From the NCBI GenBank assembly GCA_031422675.1, contig JANPMG010000172.1, positions 324 to 64,323 of the forward strand: a stretch of DNA of 64,000 nucleotides, given 5' to 3'. How positions within the stretch are numbered: the first letter of the stretch is position 1; every line of letters starts with the position of its first letter. Source of the stretch: Acidimicrobiia bacterium (GTDB taxonomy: Bacteria > Actinomycetota > Acidimicrobiia > IMCC26256 > JAENVU01). Position numbers and translations under genes: made by a program. Under the pieces are notes generated by a model. That model was not told where the DNA came from and ran no database searches. It was given only the letters and a program-made list of their open reading frames with translations. Positions 44,117 through 54,053 of this stretch are shown piece after piece.

Positions 44117-45037
44117 CTACGACGTGCGGTGGCGGGCGACGGAATGGTCCCAGTCGGCGAGCAGGGTCCGGATCGCAGTCAGGAGGAGCAGGGGCTCGTC
44201 CAGCATCGCGTGATGTCCGGCTTCGGGGATCTCGATGATCGGAGTGACTCGGCCGAGGCGTTCGTACATCGACGCACCGATGTCGTCGGTGACGAGACCG
44301 TGCTCGGACTTCAGCAGCGCGAGGCGGCACGCGACGTCATCGAGGTAGGGGAGCGCGATCGAGCGCATGCCGGCACCGAACTGTTCGAAGATCCGTCGGT
44401 CGAACTTCCACTGGAACCCACCGTCGACCGCGTGCAGCGAGCGCCGAGCCACGTGATCCATCACGTAGTCGAGGTAGTGCTCCTGCGCGGGCACGGTCCG
44501 AAATCGGGTCACGGCGTCGTCGATGCTCGCGTACGTGCGCGGATGACCGAACGCTTCGCGCAGGTGATAGGCGCCGATCTCGGGGTCCGGTTCGGTGACG
44601 GGTGAATCACACACGATCACGCCGGAGACCTCGGCGGCGTGGCGAGCCGCGGTCGCGATGGTGACGAACCCGCCCATGCTGTGACCGACGATGACCGGCG
44701 GACCACTGATCGACCCGGCCCGCGCCGCGGCGATGACCTCATCGGTCCACTGCTCGAGGGTGTACTGGTCTCGGTGCGTGCTCTCGCCGTGGCCCGAGAG
44801 ATCGACGGCGACGACTCGGAACTCCTCGGCGAACGTCGCCGCGACGTGGGTCCACCAGTGGGCGTGCGCGCCACCGCCGTGGACGAACACGAGACCCCGG
44901 GTGTCGGACGGGCCCCAGGCGAGATAGTGGATTGGCCCGTCGACGTCGACGGTGGCGTCCGTCGACGGAACTGCGAGCGCCCGCCGGAACCAATCGGGCG
45001 CGTCGGACAGGGGCTGATAGGTGTCGGTCACAGTCAT
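44117..45037 (-). CDS. alpha/beta hydrolase
   Basis: VFVHGGGAHAHWW and the nucleophile elbow GHSMGG. ATG at 45037. Confidence 0.85.
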   Translation of the reverse strand: MTVTDTYQPLSDAPDWFRRALAVPSTDATVDVDGPIHYLAWGPSDTRGLVFVHGGGAHAHWWTHVAATFAEEFRVVAVDLSGHGESTHRDQYTLEQWTDEVIAAARAGSISGPPVIVGHSMGGFVTIATAARHAAEVSGVIVCDSPVTEPDPEIGAYHLREAFGHPRTYASIDDAVTRFRTVPAQEHYLDYVMDHVARRSLHAVDGGFQWKFDRRIFEQFGAGMRSIALPYLDDVACRLALLKSEHGLVTDDIGASMYERLGRVTPIIEIPEAGHHAMLDEPLLLLTAIRTLLADWDHSVARHRTS

Positions 45038-45142
45038 CGAACTTCCATGGTCAGGCCGTCGATCGTACGACGCGCCCGGACCGTCCCCCCGAACCCGCTC
45101 TCCCCCGCGATTGGTGCCTGGGACGTCGCCGCCGTGGCTCAG

Positions 45143-48100
45143 GTGACAAACGCGCCGACAAGCGGGCGGCCAGAGGAGGTGGTCACACCCCGCGGATACG
45201 GTGCGACGGTGATCGAGGCGGTGGTGGAGGTGCAGTACGGGCGCCCGGCGACGGATGCGCTCGCGGCCCTGATCTCGGCCGGCCAGGCCGGCGATCCCCT
45301 CGCGCCGGTGACGGTGATCGTCCCGTCGAACGGGGCCGGCCTCGCGGCGCGCCGGGTGGTGAGCGCGGCGCGTGGGCTGGCGAACGTGGCGTTCCTCACT
45401 CCCTATGCGCTCGCGGAGCGCCTCGGTGGTCCCCGGGCCGCGGCGGCCGGAGGTTTACGACTCACCGAAGCAATGGTGACCGCGGCGATCCGCCAGGAGT
45501 TGCAGGCCGAGGCCGGTCCGTTCGCCCCCGTCGCCACCCATGCCGGCACCGAGCGCGCCTTGGCGCGGCGCTATGTGGAGCTCTCTCGAGCGCGGCCCGA
45601 GACGCTCGAACGGTTGACGCTCGACGGGTCGGAGCGCGCGCGGGCCCTGGTGGAACTGCTCGGGCGCGTCCGCGTCCGGCTGGACGGATTCGTCGATGAG
45701 AACGGGCTCGCGCGCCACGCGCACGCCGCCGTCGAAGCGAGCGATCCGTCAGTGGCGCGCCTCGGGACCGTCGTCCTGCATCTCGTCCAGCCGATGGCCC
45801 CGGCATTTCGTGACCTGGTCGCCCGGGTCGTGCAGGTGCGGCCGACGACCGGCGTTGTGGGACTCACGGGTGACGACGATGCCGATGCCGGGGTGCGCAC
45901 CGAATGCGAACGCATTGGAGTGAAGCTGGCGCGCGCGTCGAGGGGCACGGAGGACACGGATGCTGGGGACGTCGCGGTCAGCCCGTTGCCGACGGGAACC
46001 GAGATCATCACCGCCTCGGACGTGGACGAAGAGGTGCGAGCGGTCATCCGTCGCGTGCTCCAACTCGCCGAGGCAGGAATCGCGATGGACCGCATGGCGA
46101 TCCTTTCGCCGCCGGTGGAGCCCTACGCCCGCGTCGTGGACAGCCAGCTCCGCGCGGCCGGTATCGCGCACAACGGTCCGGCGGTTCGCCAACTCGTCGA
46201 CACGATGGCCGGCCGCATGCTCGATCGCGTGCTGCGGCTCGTGGGCGCAGACTTCGCCCGCCACGAGCTGGTTGCGCTCTTCGCAAGTACGCCGGTCCGG
46301 ACCCCTGACGGCGCGGCGGTCCCGATCGAACGCTGGGACCGGATCTCGCGTCGTGCCGGGGTCGTCGAGGGCGACGGGTGGGCGGATCGACTCGAGGGGT
46401 ACGCCGCCGATCTCACCGCCCGGGCCGACGATCGGGCCGGCGCAGGAATCGGTGGCGAAATGGGACTCCGCCGAGAGGCGACCGCGGCGCGCGCACTGGC
46501 GGCCTTCGTGGTGGATCTGGCGCGCCGGCTCGAGCGGCTCGAACGCGCCGACGGGTGGTCGAGCCGCGCGCGCGAAGCCCGCACCGCCGTCATCGATCTG
46601 TTGGGCGGGCCGGAAGTCACCGCCACCTGGCCCGAGGGTGAACTCGATGCGTTCGCGGCGGTTCTGGCCGTACTCGACCGCAGCGCGCGCCTGGACGCCG
46701 TGGAGCCGAATCCGACTTTCGCCACCTTCGCCGGCACCGTGGCGAACGAGTTGGGCACCCCGGTCGGGCGCATCGGCCGGTACGGCGATGGCGTGCTGTG
46801 CGGATCGATCGGCTCTGGGGTCGGACTCGATCTCGATGCCGTGTTCGTGATTGGACTCGCCGAAGGCATTATCCCTAGCGCTCGGCGCGAAGACGCGCTG
46901 CTGGCCGATGCGGACCGTGCGCTGGCCGTGGAAGCCGAACTGGGAACGCGAGAACAGGCACGGGCCGATCAGCGGCGCTCGTATCTGGCCGCACTCGCGG
47001 CCGGCGCGCAGCATCGCGTCGTCACCTACGCGCGCGGAGACTTACGATCGGCTCGGGAACGACTCGCGTCGCGATATCTCCTGGAGACCGCGTCGGCGTT
47101 GGCAGGTGCGCGCATCTACGCGAGCGACTTCCACGAGTTGGGTGCCGCCACCGGCGTGGACGTGGTGGCTTCGTTCGCGTCGGCGATCACCCGCGTCGAC
47201 GCCGCCGCCGCGGTCGCCGATCGCGATCTCGGCACCGTCGCCGCGTACGTCGAGGCGGGCGGCGACGTCAACGATCATCCGCTGGTGCTCGGGACAGCGT
47301 GCGCGGTCGGCGTGGACGCGATCCGGGGCCGCTTGTCCGGCGAGTTCACGCGGTGGGACGGCAACGTCAACGGCGTCGCGGGTCAGGTGCGATCGCCGGC
47401 CACCGGTGACGTCGTCTCGGCGACTCGGCTCGAGACCTGGAGCACGTGTCCGTTCCGCTACTTCTTGACCCACGTCCTTGCGGTGCCGGTCGAGGACAAA
47501 CCGGAACGACTCCTCGAACTCTCGCCGCTCGATCGGGGCACCCTCGTTCACGCGGTATTGGAACGGTTCATGGACGAGGAGCTCGCGCGGCCCGAGCCCG
47601 ATCGGGTTCCCCAAGGGCAGGCCTGGCCCCGCACCGCAGTGGTGCGCATGCGCGAGATCGTGGCCGAGCTGGCGGCGGACACGGAGGCGAAGGGTCTCAC
47701 GGGAAAAGCGGTGCTCTGGTCGCTGCACCGCGAGGAGATCGAATCCGATGTCGTGCAGTTCCTCATCGCCGACAGTGAGATTCGAGAAAAAGAAGGTGCG
47801 GTCCCGGAGTCGGTTGAGTTCCCGTTCGGCTTCGACGGTGCGGCGCCGGTCGAGATCACGGTTCCGAGCGGGTCGGTCGTGAAGTTCCGCGGCCGCGCCG
47901 ACCGCATCGATCGACGGCCCGACGGGACGCGCGTCGTGCTCGATTACAAGACCGGGGCTCGGAAGGCGGTGCCCGAAGGTTGTGAGAACGATCCGGTGTG
48001 GGCCGGCGCGCGGCTCCAGCTTCCGCTCTATGCCGAGGCGGCTCGGCAACGCCTCGGTGTCGACGCAGTCGAGTCGGCCTACTGGTACATCTCCGAGCGG

Positions 48101-48370
48101 GGCGGTTTCACGCGGGACGCGGTCGTCCTCGACGACGCGACCGGCGAACGGTTCCGAACCGTCGTCGGCCAGATCGTCGACGGGATCGATCGGGGAGTCT
48201 TTCCTGGCGTTCCGGGTGAGGCCGATTGGATGCACGGCACCGGGACCAACTGCGCATACTGCGACTTCGATGATCTGTGTCCGGCGCAGCGAGGCGCGGC
48301 GTACGACGCCAAGGAACTCGCGCCCGAGCTGGAGTGCTTCCACGATCTGATGCTCGAGGTTCCGGAGTGA
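45143..48370 (+). CDS. AddB/AdnA-like helicase-nuclease subunit (degenerate motor domain + PD-(D/E)XK nuclease with Cys staple)
   Basis: The C-terminal nuclease has GRADRIDRRPDGTRVVLDYKTG and the Cys pattern TCPFRY...NCAYCDFDDLC. I see no GxGKT in the N-terminal part. The start is uncertain, with in-frame GTGs at 45143, 45179 and 45209. The track ORF from 44639 overlaps the hydrolase gene. Confidence 0.8.
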   Translation: MTNAPTSGRPEEVVTPRGYGATVIEAVVEVQYGRPATDALAALISAGQAGDPLAPVTVIVPSNGAGLAARRVVSAARGLANVAFLTPYALAERLGGPRAAAAGGLRLTEAMVTAAIRQELQAEAGPFAPVATHAGTERALARRYVELSRARPETLERLTLDGSERARALVELLGRVRVRLDGFVDENGLARHAHAAVEASDPSVARLGTVVLHLVQPMAPAFRDLVARVVQVRPTTGVVGLTGDDDADAGVRTECERIGVKLARASRGTEDTDAGDVAVSPLPTGTEIITASDVDEEVRAVIRRVLQLAEAGIAMDRMAILSPPVEPYARVVDSQLRAAGIAHNGPAVRQLVDTMAGRMLDRVLRLVGADFARHELVALFASTPVRTPDGAAVPIERWDRISRRAGVVEGDGWADRLEGYAADLTARADDRAGAGIGGEMGLRREATAARALAAFVVDLARRLERLERADGWSSRAREARTAVIDLLGGPEVTATWPEGELDAFAAVLAVLDRSARLDAVEPNPTFATFAGTVANELGTPVGRIGRYGDGVLCGSIGSGVGLDLDAVFVIGLAEGIIPSARREDALLADADRALAVEAELGTREQARADQRRSYLAALAAGAQHRVVTYARGDLRSARERLASRYLLETASALAGARIYASDFHELGAATGVDVVASFASAITRVDAAAAVADRDLGTVAAYVEAGGDVNDHPLVLGTACAVGVDAIRGRLSGEFTRWDGNVNGVAGQVRSPATGDVVSATRLETWSTCPFRYFLTHVLAVPVEDKPERLLELSPLDRGTLVHAVLERFMDEELARPEPDRVPQGQAWPRTAVVRMREIVAELAADTEAKGLTGKAVLWSLHREEIESDVVQFLIADSEIREKEGAVPESVEFPFGFDGAAPVEITVPSGSVVKFRGRADRIDRRPDGTRVVLDYKTGARKAVPEGCENDPVWAGARLQLPLYAEAARQRLGVDAVESAYWYISERGGFTRDAVVLDDATGERFRTVVGQIVDGIDRGVFPGVPGEADWMHGTGTNCAYCDFDDLCPAQRGAAYDAKELAPELECFHDLMLEVPE

Positions 48371-51300
48371 TCGTCGCGCCGCCGCCCCCGGCGTCCACCC
48401 TGCTCGACGAAGCGGCGCGGGCGCGGATCACGACCACAGGACTCGACGAGCTGTTGTTCGTCGAAGCCGGTGCCGGAACCGGCAAGACCAAGCAGCTGGT
48501 GGATCGCGTCGTGGCGTTGGTCATCACGCGCGCCATCCCGATGCGTGAGATCGCGGCCGTGACCTTCACGGAAGCGGCGGCCAGTGAACTTCGCTCCCGG
48601 GTGCGGGAAGCGTTCGAACGGGTGGTGCATTCCTCCGCGGCAAGTGCCCCTGAGCACGCGGCGGCCGAGGCGGCGCTCGCCGACCTCGATTCGGCGGCGA
48701 TCGGCACCGTGCACTCGTTCGCGCAGCGGATTCTCGCCGAGCATCCGGTCGAGGCCGGACTGCCGCCGACGGTGGAAGTCCTCGACGAAGTGGAGAGCTT
48801 GCTCGAGTTCGGTCGCCGCTGGCAGGCCGAGGTGGATCGCATGTTCGCCGCGGCCGACCTCCAGCCGGTCATCACCGTCGCCCGCCTGCTCGACGTGCGG
48901 GTGGACCACCCGAAGCTGACGTCGCTGCGTGACGTCGCCGCCGTGTTCTCCGACAACTGGGATCGCCTGGACGCGCTTGTCGACGGCCCGGTGTTCGTGC
49001 CCCGGATCGAGCGCTCCACCGCCATCGAGCAACTTCGGGGCCTGGAATCCGTGCTGGCCCAGTGTGGCGAGATCCCCCAGGACAAGCTGGCGCAGCGGCT
49101 CCTCGAGCGGGCTCCGGCCATGGCCGTGGCGCTCGACGCGCTCGAGCACGGCACGGACCGGGCCGTGATCCGCCACCTGATGGCGAAACGAAAGTCGAAG
49201 CAGAAGTGGGGTCACGCCGGCCTCGGCGCGGCGGCGAACTGGGGTGGAAAGGACGAGAAGATTGCGGTGGCGGCAACCGTTGCTCGCGCCGAGGCCGCGC
49301 TGGACTCGGTCCTCGATCATGCCGCCGACGACGTGTTGCGCGTGCTCGCCGGCGAGGTCGCCCGGTTCACGGTGGCGGCGGCGCACGACCGCCTCGGCGA
49401 CGGTCGCCTCGAGTTCCACGATCTCCTGGTGTTCGCTCGCCGTCTGCTGCGCACCAGTCGAAACGCGCGCGCGGCCCTGCACGCTCGCTACACCCGCCTC
49501 CTCATCGACGAGTTCCAGGACACCGACCCGATCCAGGTGGAGCTGGCCACGCTGATCGCCGCATCGGCCGGGAACCACGACCCGAACGCGCCATGGCAGG
49601 CCGTGCCGGTGGAGGACGAGCGGCTCTTCTTCGTCGGTGACCCGAAGCAGTCGATCTACCGATTTCGTCGGGCCGACATCGCACTCTTCCTCGCCGCTCG
49701 CGATCGGTTCTCGAGCGAGGCGGTCCGGCTGAGCACGAACTTTCGGACGGTGCCGGCGGTCCTCGAATGGGTGAATCACGTGTTCGGCGAGTTGATGGCG
49801 GAGGAGGTCCCGGGCCGCCGACCCCGCTACGAGGCGCTGCACGCACATCGCCGGCCGAGCACGCACGATCACCGAGTCGTCCTGCTCGGCGGTCCGCATC
49901 CCCGCGCCCAGAAGCTGCGGGCCGGTCCCTTACGCGAACTCGAAGCCGCCACCGTCGCGGACGCGGTCGCCGAGATCCTGGCCGATCCGGACGCGTGGCC
50001 GGTCGAGATCGATGGTGAATGGCGAGCGGCGCGGCCCGAGGACATCGCGATCCTGGTGCCCACCCGCACGTCGCTCGGGGTGCTGATGGACGCCCTCCGC
50101 GATCGAGACGTCGACGTTCGCGCCGAGACCGGCACCCTCGTCTATTCCACCCAGGAGATCCGCGACCTGCTCGCGGTGCTGCGGGCAATCGCGTACGGGA
50201 CCGACGCGGTGGCGCTGGTCGCCGCGTTGCGGTCACCGATCCTCGCGTGTGGTGACGACGACCTCGTGACCTACGTCCATGCCGGGGGCACGTGGAGCCT
50301 GGACGCCCCCCGGCCGATCCTGCCGCCGGACCAGCCGGTGATGGCCGCGCTCGCCTTCCTCGACGAGCTGCACTCGGCCCGGTGGTGGACGCCTCCCAGT
50401 GAGCTCATCGACCGGATCGTCCGGGAGCGTCGGGTCTTCACGATCGCGCTCGCCCAGCGCCGCGCCCGCGATACCTGGCGGCGGATTCGGTTCCTGTCCG
50501 ACCAAGCGCGCGCGTTCGAGGCTTCACAATCCGGCGACCTCGTGGCCTTCGTCGACTGGGCGGAGCTCCAGCGCTCGGAGATGGCCCGAGTGCACGAGCC
50601 GCTCCTCCCCGAAGCGGACGACCACGCCGTGCGGATCATGACCATCCACGGGGCGAAGGGGCTCGAGTTCCCGATCACCGTGGTGTCGGGACTGACCACC
50701 CGGCTCAGTGCGCGCCGGGCGCGCTTCGCCGTGCGGTGGGACGGCGACGAGATCGGCGTGTCGGCCCGCAAGGACGTCGCGACCGCAGGCTTTGACCGGC
50801 TGGCCGATCTCGAGGACGAGATGGACGACGAGGAGAAGCTGCGCCTCCTCTACGTCGCGTGCACCCGCGCGCGTGACCACCTCCTGATCGCCACCCATCA
50901 CGTCGAAGGCACGAAGTCCTTCGCGCAGCTCGCCTGGTCCCACTCGCAGGCGGCGCCACCCGAAACCTGGCGTACGCCGACGACGACGACTGCGACGATG
51001 ACCGCCACCGGCACCGCTCCGACCCGGCGTGGCTCATCCGTGGCGGCGCCGGACGATCGGGCGGCCCGGGATGCCTGGATCGCGCGGCGTGAAGCCCTCT
51101 TGGCCGTCGGACGGGTACCACGATCGGTGTCGGCCACCGACGTTCGCCATTCCGATACCGGGCATTCCGATACCGGGCATTCCGGTACGGGGCACACCGG
51201 CACTGCACACCCGCCCGCAGCCGAACGCCAGGCTGCGCCGCAGCCGGAACGGCTTCTGAATGCCGTCGGCGAGGGTGGCGAAGTCCCGGATCCGCTCGCC

Positions 51301-51864
51301 GAGTGGCGCCGGGGGAGCGCCGCGACCGCGTTCGGCCGGGCGGTTCACGCCGTCCTCCAGGATGCGGACCTCGTGACCGGCGAGAACATCGCGGCGCTGG
51401 CCGGCGCGATCGCGCTCGACGAGGGATTGGGTGAGCACGCGGACGATGTCGCCGCGGCGGCCCGCTCGGTGCTCGGCGCGAGTGTCGTGCGCGCGGCGGC
51501 CGGCGAACTGGGGAGCGGCAACGCGTTTCGTGAGATGTACGTGGCCGCGCCGGTGGGCGACCGCGTCCTGGAGGGTTACATCGACCTCCTCGTGCGTACC
51601 CCGGGTGGTCTCGTCGTGGTCGACTACAAGACCGACCCGGTCGGCGACGGCGACGACGTTGCGCTCGACCGACGGGTCGATGCCTACCGCTTGCAACTCG
51701 GTGCGTACGCGCTCGCAGTCGAGATCGCGACGGGGGAGGCGGTGGTGGCGGGAGTGTTGGTCTTCGCCCGGGCCGAAGGCGTGATCGAGCGGCGGATCGA
51801 AGCCGTCGATCTCGGGGTGGCCGAAGTACGGGCGATTCTGAGCGGGCCGGCACCCGGGTTCTGA
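48367..51864 (+). CDS. AddA/AdnB-like UvrD-family helicase with C-terminal RecB-type nuclease
   Basis: AGAGTGKT (motif I), LLIDEFQDTDPIQ (motif II) and TIHGAKGLEF, with the C-terminal GYIDLLV...VVVDYKTD nuclease. The GTG at 48367 overlaps the upstream TGA (GTGA). Confidence 0.9.
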   Translation: MIVAPPPPASTLLDEAARARITTTGLDELLFVEAGAGTGKTKQLVDRVVALVITRAIPMREIAAVTFTEAAASELRSRVREAFERVVHSSAASAPEHAAAEAALADLDSAAIGTVHSFAQRILAEHPVEAGLPPTVEVLDEVESLLEFGRRWQAEVDRMFAAADLQPVITVARLLDVRVDHPKLTSLRDVAAVFSDNWDRLDALVDGPVFVPRIERSTAIEQLRGLESVLAQCGEIPQDKLAQRLLERAPAMAVALDALEHGTDRAVIRHLMAKRKSKQKWGHAGLGAAANWGGKDEKIAVAATVARAEAALDSVLDHAADDVLRVLAGEVARFTVAAAHDRLGDGRLEFHDLLVFARRLLRTSRNARAALHARYTRLLIDEFQDTDPIQVELATLIAASAGNHDPNAPWQAVPVEDERLFFVGDPKQSIYRFRRADIALFLAARDRFSSEAVRLSTNFRTVPAVLEWVNHVFGELMAEEVPGRRPRYEALHAHRRPSTHDHRVVLLGGPHPRAQKLRAGPLRELEAATVADAVAEILADPDAWPVEIDGEWRAARPEDIAILVPTRTSLGVLMDALRDRDVDVRAETGTLVYSTQEIRDLLAVLRAIAYGTDAVALVAALRSPILACGDDDLVTYVHAGGTWSLDAPRPILPPDQPVMAALAFLDELHSARWWTPPSELIDRIVRERRVFTIALAQRRARDTWRRIRFLSDQARAFEASQSGDLVAFVDWAELQRSEMARVHEPLLPEADDHAVRIMTIHGAKGLEFPITVVSGLTTRLSARRARFAVRWDGDEIGVSARKDVATAGFDRLADLEDEMDDEEKLRLLYVACTRARDHLLIATHHVEGTKSFAQLAWSHSQAAPPETWRTPTTTTATMTATGTAPTRRGSSVAAPDDRAARDAWIARREALLAVGRVPRSVSATDVRHSDTGHSDTGHSGTGHTGTAHPPAAERQAAPQPERLLNAVGEGGEVPDPLAEWRRGSAATAFGRAVHAVLQDADLVTGENIAALAGAIALDEGLGEHADDVAAAARSVLGASVVRAAAGELGSGNAFREMYVAAPVGDRVLEGYIDLLVRTPGGLVVVDYKTDPVGDGDDVALDRRVDAYRLQLGAYALAVEIATGEAVVAGVLVFARAEGVIERRIEAVDLGVAEVRAILSGPAPGF
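51148..51207 (+). repeat. 15-nt tandem repeat x4 inside the helicase gene encoding HSDTG-HSDTG-HSGTG-HTGTA
   Basis: Read directly from the sequence. The units are CATTCCGATACCGGG x2, then CATTCCGGTACGGGG, then CACACCGGCACTGCA. Confidence 0.9.
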
Positions 51865-51910
51865 GATGCCCACGCTCGGGGCTGGCGGTGTGCGATCCTG
51901 GTAGCCCTTC

Positions 51911-54031
51911 ATGCGCGCTGCGACCCGACTTTTCCGTCTCGTCACCATTCTCGTACTCGGCGGCCTCGGCCTCGGGATCTGCGTGGTTGCGCTCGCGCCC
52001 GGGATCGAAGAGATCGCGGCGAGCGCGCAGTACAGCGGCAAGGTCGGGCCCCGGTTGCGGGCCCTCGAGGACCCGACCACGTTCTACGACTCGAGCGGTG
52101 CCGTCTACGAGCGGGTCGGCCAGTTGGATCGCCAGCAGGTCTCGATCGCGGCCGTGCCGGAGGTCATGCGCCAGGCCGTGATCGCCACCGAGGACCGCAC
52201 CTTCTATCGCAACGACGGCATCGACGTGCGTGCCGCCGTGCGCGCCTTCGTGTCCGACGTGGGTGCCGGGGACATCGCCCAGGGCGGGTCCACGATCACC
52301 CAGCAGCTCATCAAGAATCGGTTCTTCAAGAACCCACGCCGGAATCTTGATCGCAAGGTTCGTGAAGCGGTCCTGGCCTACCGGCTGACGAGCGAATGGT
52401 CGAAGAATCGCATCCTCGAGGAATACCTCAACACCGTGTACTTCGGTGAGAACTCCTACGGGATACAAGCGGCGGCCACGCGCATCATCGGAAAGCCGGA
52501 TCTCGCCCAGCTCACACTGGCGGACGCCGCCTTGCTCGCGGGCGTGATCAAGAACCCGACGGCCTACGACATCTTCGATCCGGCGAAGCAGACGCGCGCG
52601 CTGGAACGTCGTAACGACGTCATCCGTCGCATGCGCGTGCAGGACGTGATCACCGAAGCCGAAGCCGCGGCGGCACGTACCGCGCCGTTGCCCGCGCCGC
52701 CCCGACCCGACAACGAACTGCGCGCTCGCACTCCCTACGGTGAAGAAGTGTTGAGCCAACTCAAGACCCTCGAAGTCCTCGGAGCGGATTCGTTCGAGCG
52801 CGAGCAGGCCATCTTCTCCGGTGGGCTCCGGGTCTACACCGAATACGACCGGCGGCTCAGCGACATCGCTGCTTACACCATCGGCTCGGTCATCAAACCG
52901 TCGTTCGCGCCGTTCACCGCGGCGATCGCAGTGATGGACCCGCGGTCGGGTGCGGTACGCGCCGTCGTCGGCGCCCGAACGGGCGAGGGTGGCACCGCGC
53001 AGGGGTACAACCTTGCCACCGATGGCGCCGGTCGCAAGGTCGGGTCCACGTTCAAACCGATCACGCTCGCGACCGCCATCGCCAATGGGTACTCACCCAA
53101 GGACCGGGTCGACGGGTCGGACGATTGCCCGATCAGCTACCCCCAATGGCGGAAGGAGCCGTTCGTCTTCAACAACGCGGGCGACGGCAGCGGCGGCTAC
53201 GGCGACCTGTTCGCCCAGACCCGCAACTCGGTGAACTGCGCCTACCTGCGGCTCATGACCAGCGTGGGGCCGCCCAAGGTGCAGGCCATGGCCGCCGACC
53301 TCGGTTACACCCACCCGGTCGAGCCGGTGCTGTCGATGGGGATCGGCGAGACCGGTCACACGCCGCTCGAAGTTGCCACCGTCTACAGCACGCTCGCCGC
53401 CGATGGGGTCAAGCATGCGCCGGTGTTCGTGCGCCGCGTCGAGGACGGTAACGGTCGGGTGTTGTACCGGTCGCCGGGGGGCGTGCGGGTGCTGGACACC
53501 GAAGTCGCGCGGACGGTGACGGACGTGCTGAGCCACGTGACCGACCCGGGCGCAACCGGTACGCGCGCGAAGTTGGCCGACCGACCGATCGCCGGCAAGA
53601 CCGGGACCGTCGACAAGCAAGTGGACGCGTGGTTTGCCGGGTACACCCCGCAACTTGCGGTCGCAGTGTGGATGGGCCACCCGGACTGGGGAGATGCGGA
53701 CGCGCATCCGGAGGCCTCGATGACCAACGTCGGCGAGTTCCCGCGGGTGTACGGGGGTACGTACCCGGCGATCATCTGGCAGAAGTTCATGACCGAGGCG
53801 CTGAAGGGTGCGCCGGTGGTCCGGTTCATCGCGCCCAACGAGAGCCTCTGGCCGAAACCGGCGCCGGTGAATCCGAAGGGTGGGCGCGGCGCGGCCTTCG
53901 TGGAGCGTGCGCCGGAGCCACCGTCGACCACCGTGCCCGGTGCCGGCCCCACCACCTCGGTGCCCACCGTCGCGTCGCCGCCGGTTCCTTCGTCCACCCC
54001 GGTGCCCACCGCGGCGCCGCCCCCCGGGTGA
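51911..54031 (+). CDS. class A penicillin-binding protein (transglycosylase + transpeptidase)
   Basis: N-terminal TM segment, GT51 motifs EDRTFYRNDGID and GGSTITQQLIKN, transpeptidase motifs STFKP and KTGT, and a Pro/Thr/Ser-rich tail. Confidence 0.9.
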   Translation: MRAATRLFRLVTILVLGGLGLGICVVALAPGIEEIAASAQYSGKVGPRLRALEDPTTFYDSSGAVYERVGQLDRQQVSIAAVPEVMRQAVIATEDRTFYRNDGIDVRAAVRAFVSDVGAGDIAQGGSTITQQLIKNRFFKNPRRNLDRKVREAVLAYRLTSEWSKNRILEEYLNTVYFGENSYGIQAAATRIIGKPDLAQLTLADAALLAGVIKNPTAYDIFDPAKQTRALERRNDVIRRMRVQDVITEAEAAAARTAPLPAPPRPDNELRARTPYGEEVLSQLKTLEVLGADSFEREQAIFSGGLRVYTEYDRRLSDIAAYTIGSVIKPSFAPFTAAIAVMDPRSGAVRAVVGARTGEGGTAQGYNLATDGAGRKVGSTFKPITLATAIANGYSPKDRVDGSDDCPISYPQWRKEPFVFNNAGDGSGGYGDLFAQTRNSVNCAYLRLMTSVGPPKVQAMAADLGYTHPVEPVLSMGIGETGHTPLEVATVYSTLAADGVKHAPVFVRRVEDGNGRVLYRSPGGVRVLDTEVARTVTDVLSHVTDPGATGTRAKLADRPIAGKTGTVDKQVDAWFAGYTPQLAVAVWMGHPDWGDADAHPEASMTNVGEFPRVYGGTYPAIIWQKFMTEALKGAPVVRFIAPNESLWPKPAPVNPKGGRGAAFVERAPEPPSTTVPGAGPTTSVPTVASPPVPSSTPVPTAAPPPG

Positions 54032-54053
54032 GGTCCCGATAGATTCGCCGACG

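Noticed and set aside
45172-45179. A strong Shine-Dalgarno-like AGAGGAGG near the start of the AddB-like gene.
   Set aside because: It abuts the GTG at 45179 with no spacer. The next in-frame start (45209) is about 30 nt away. It therefore does not pin the start and probably just encodes Glu-Glu in a longer N-terminus. The start remains uncertain.
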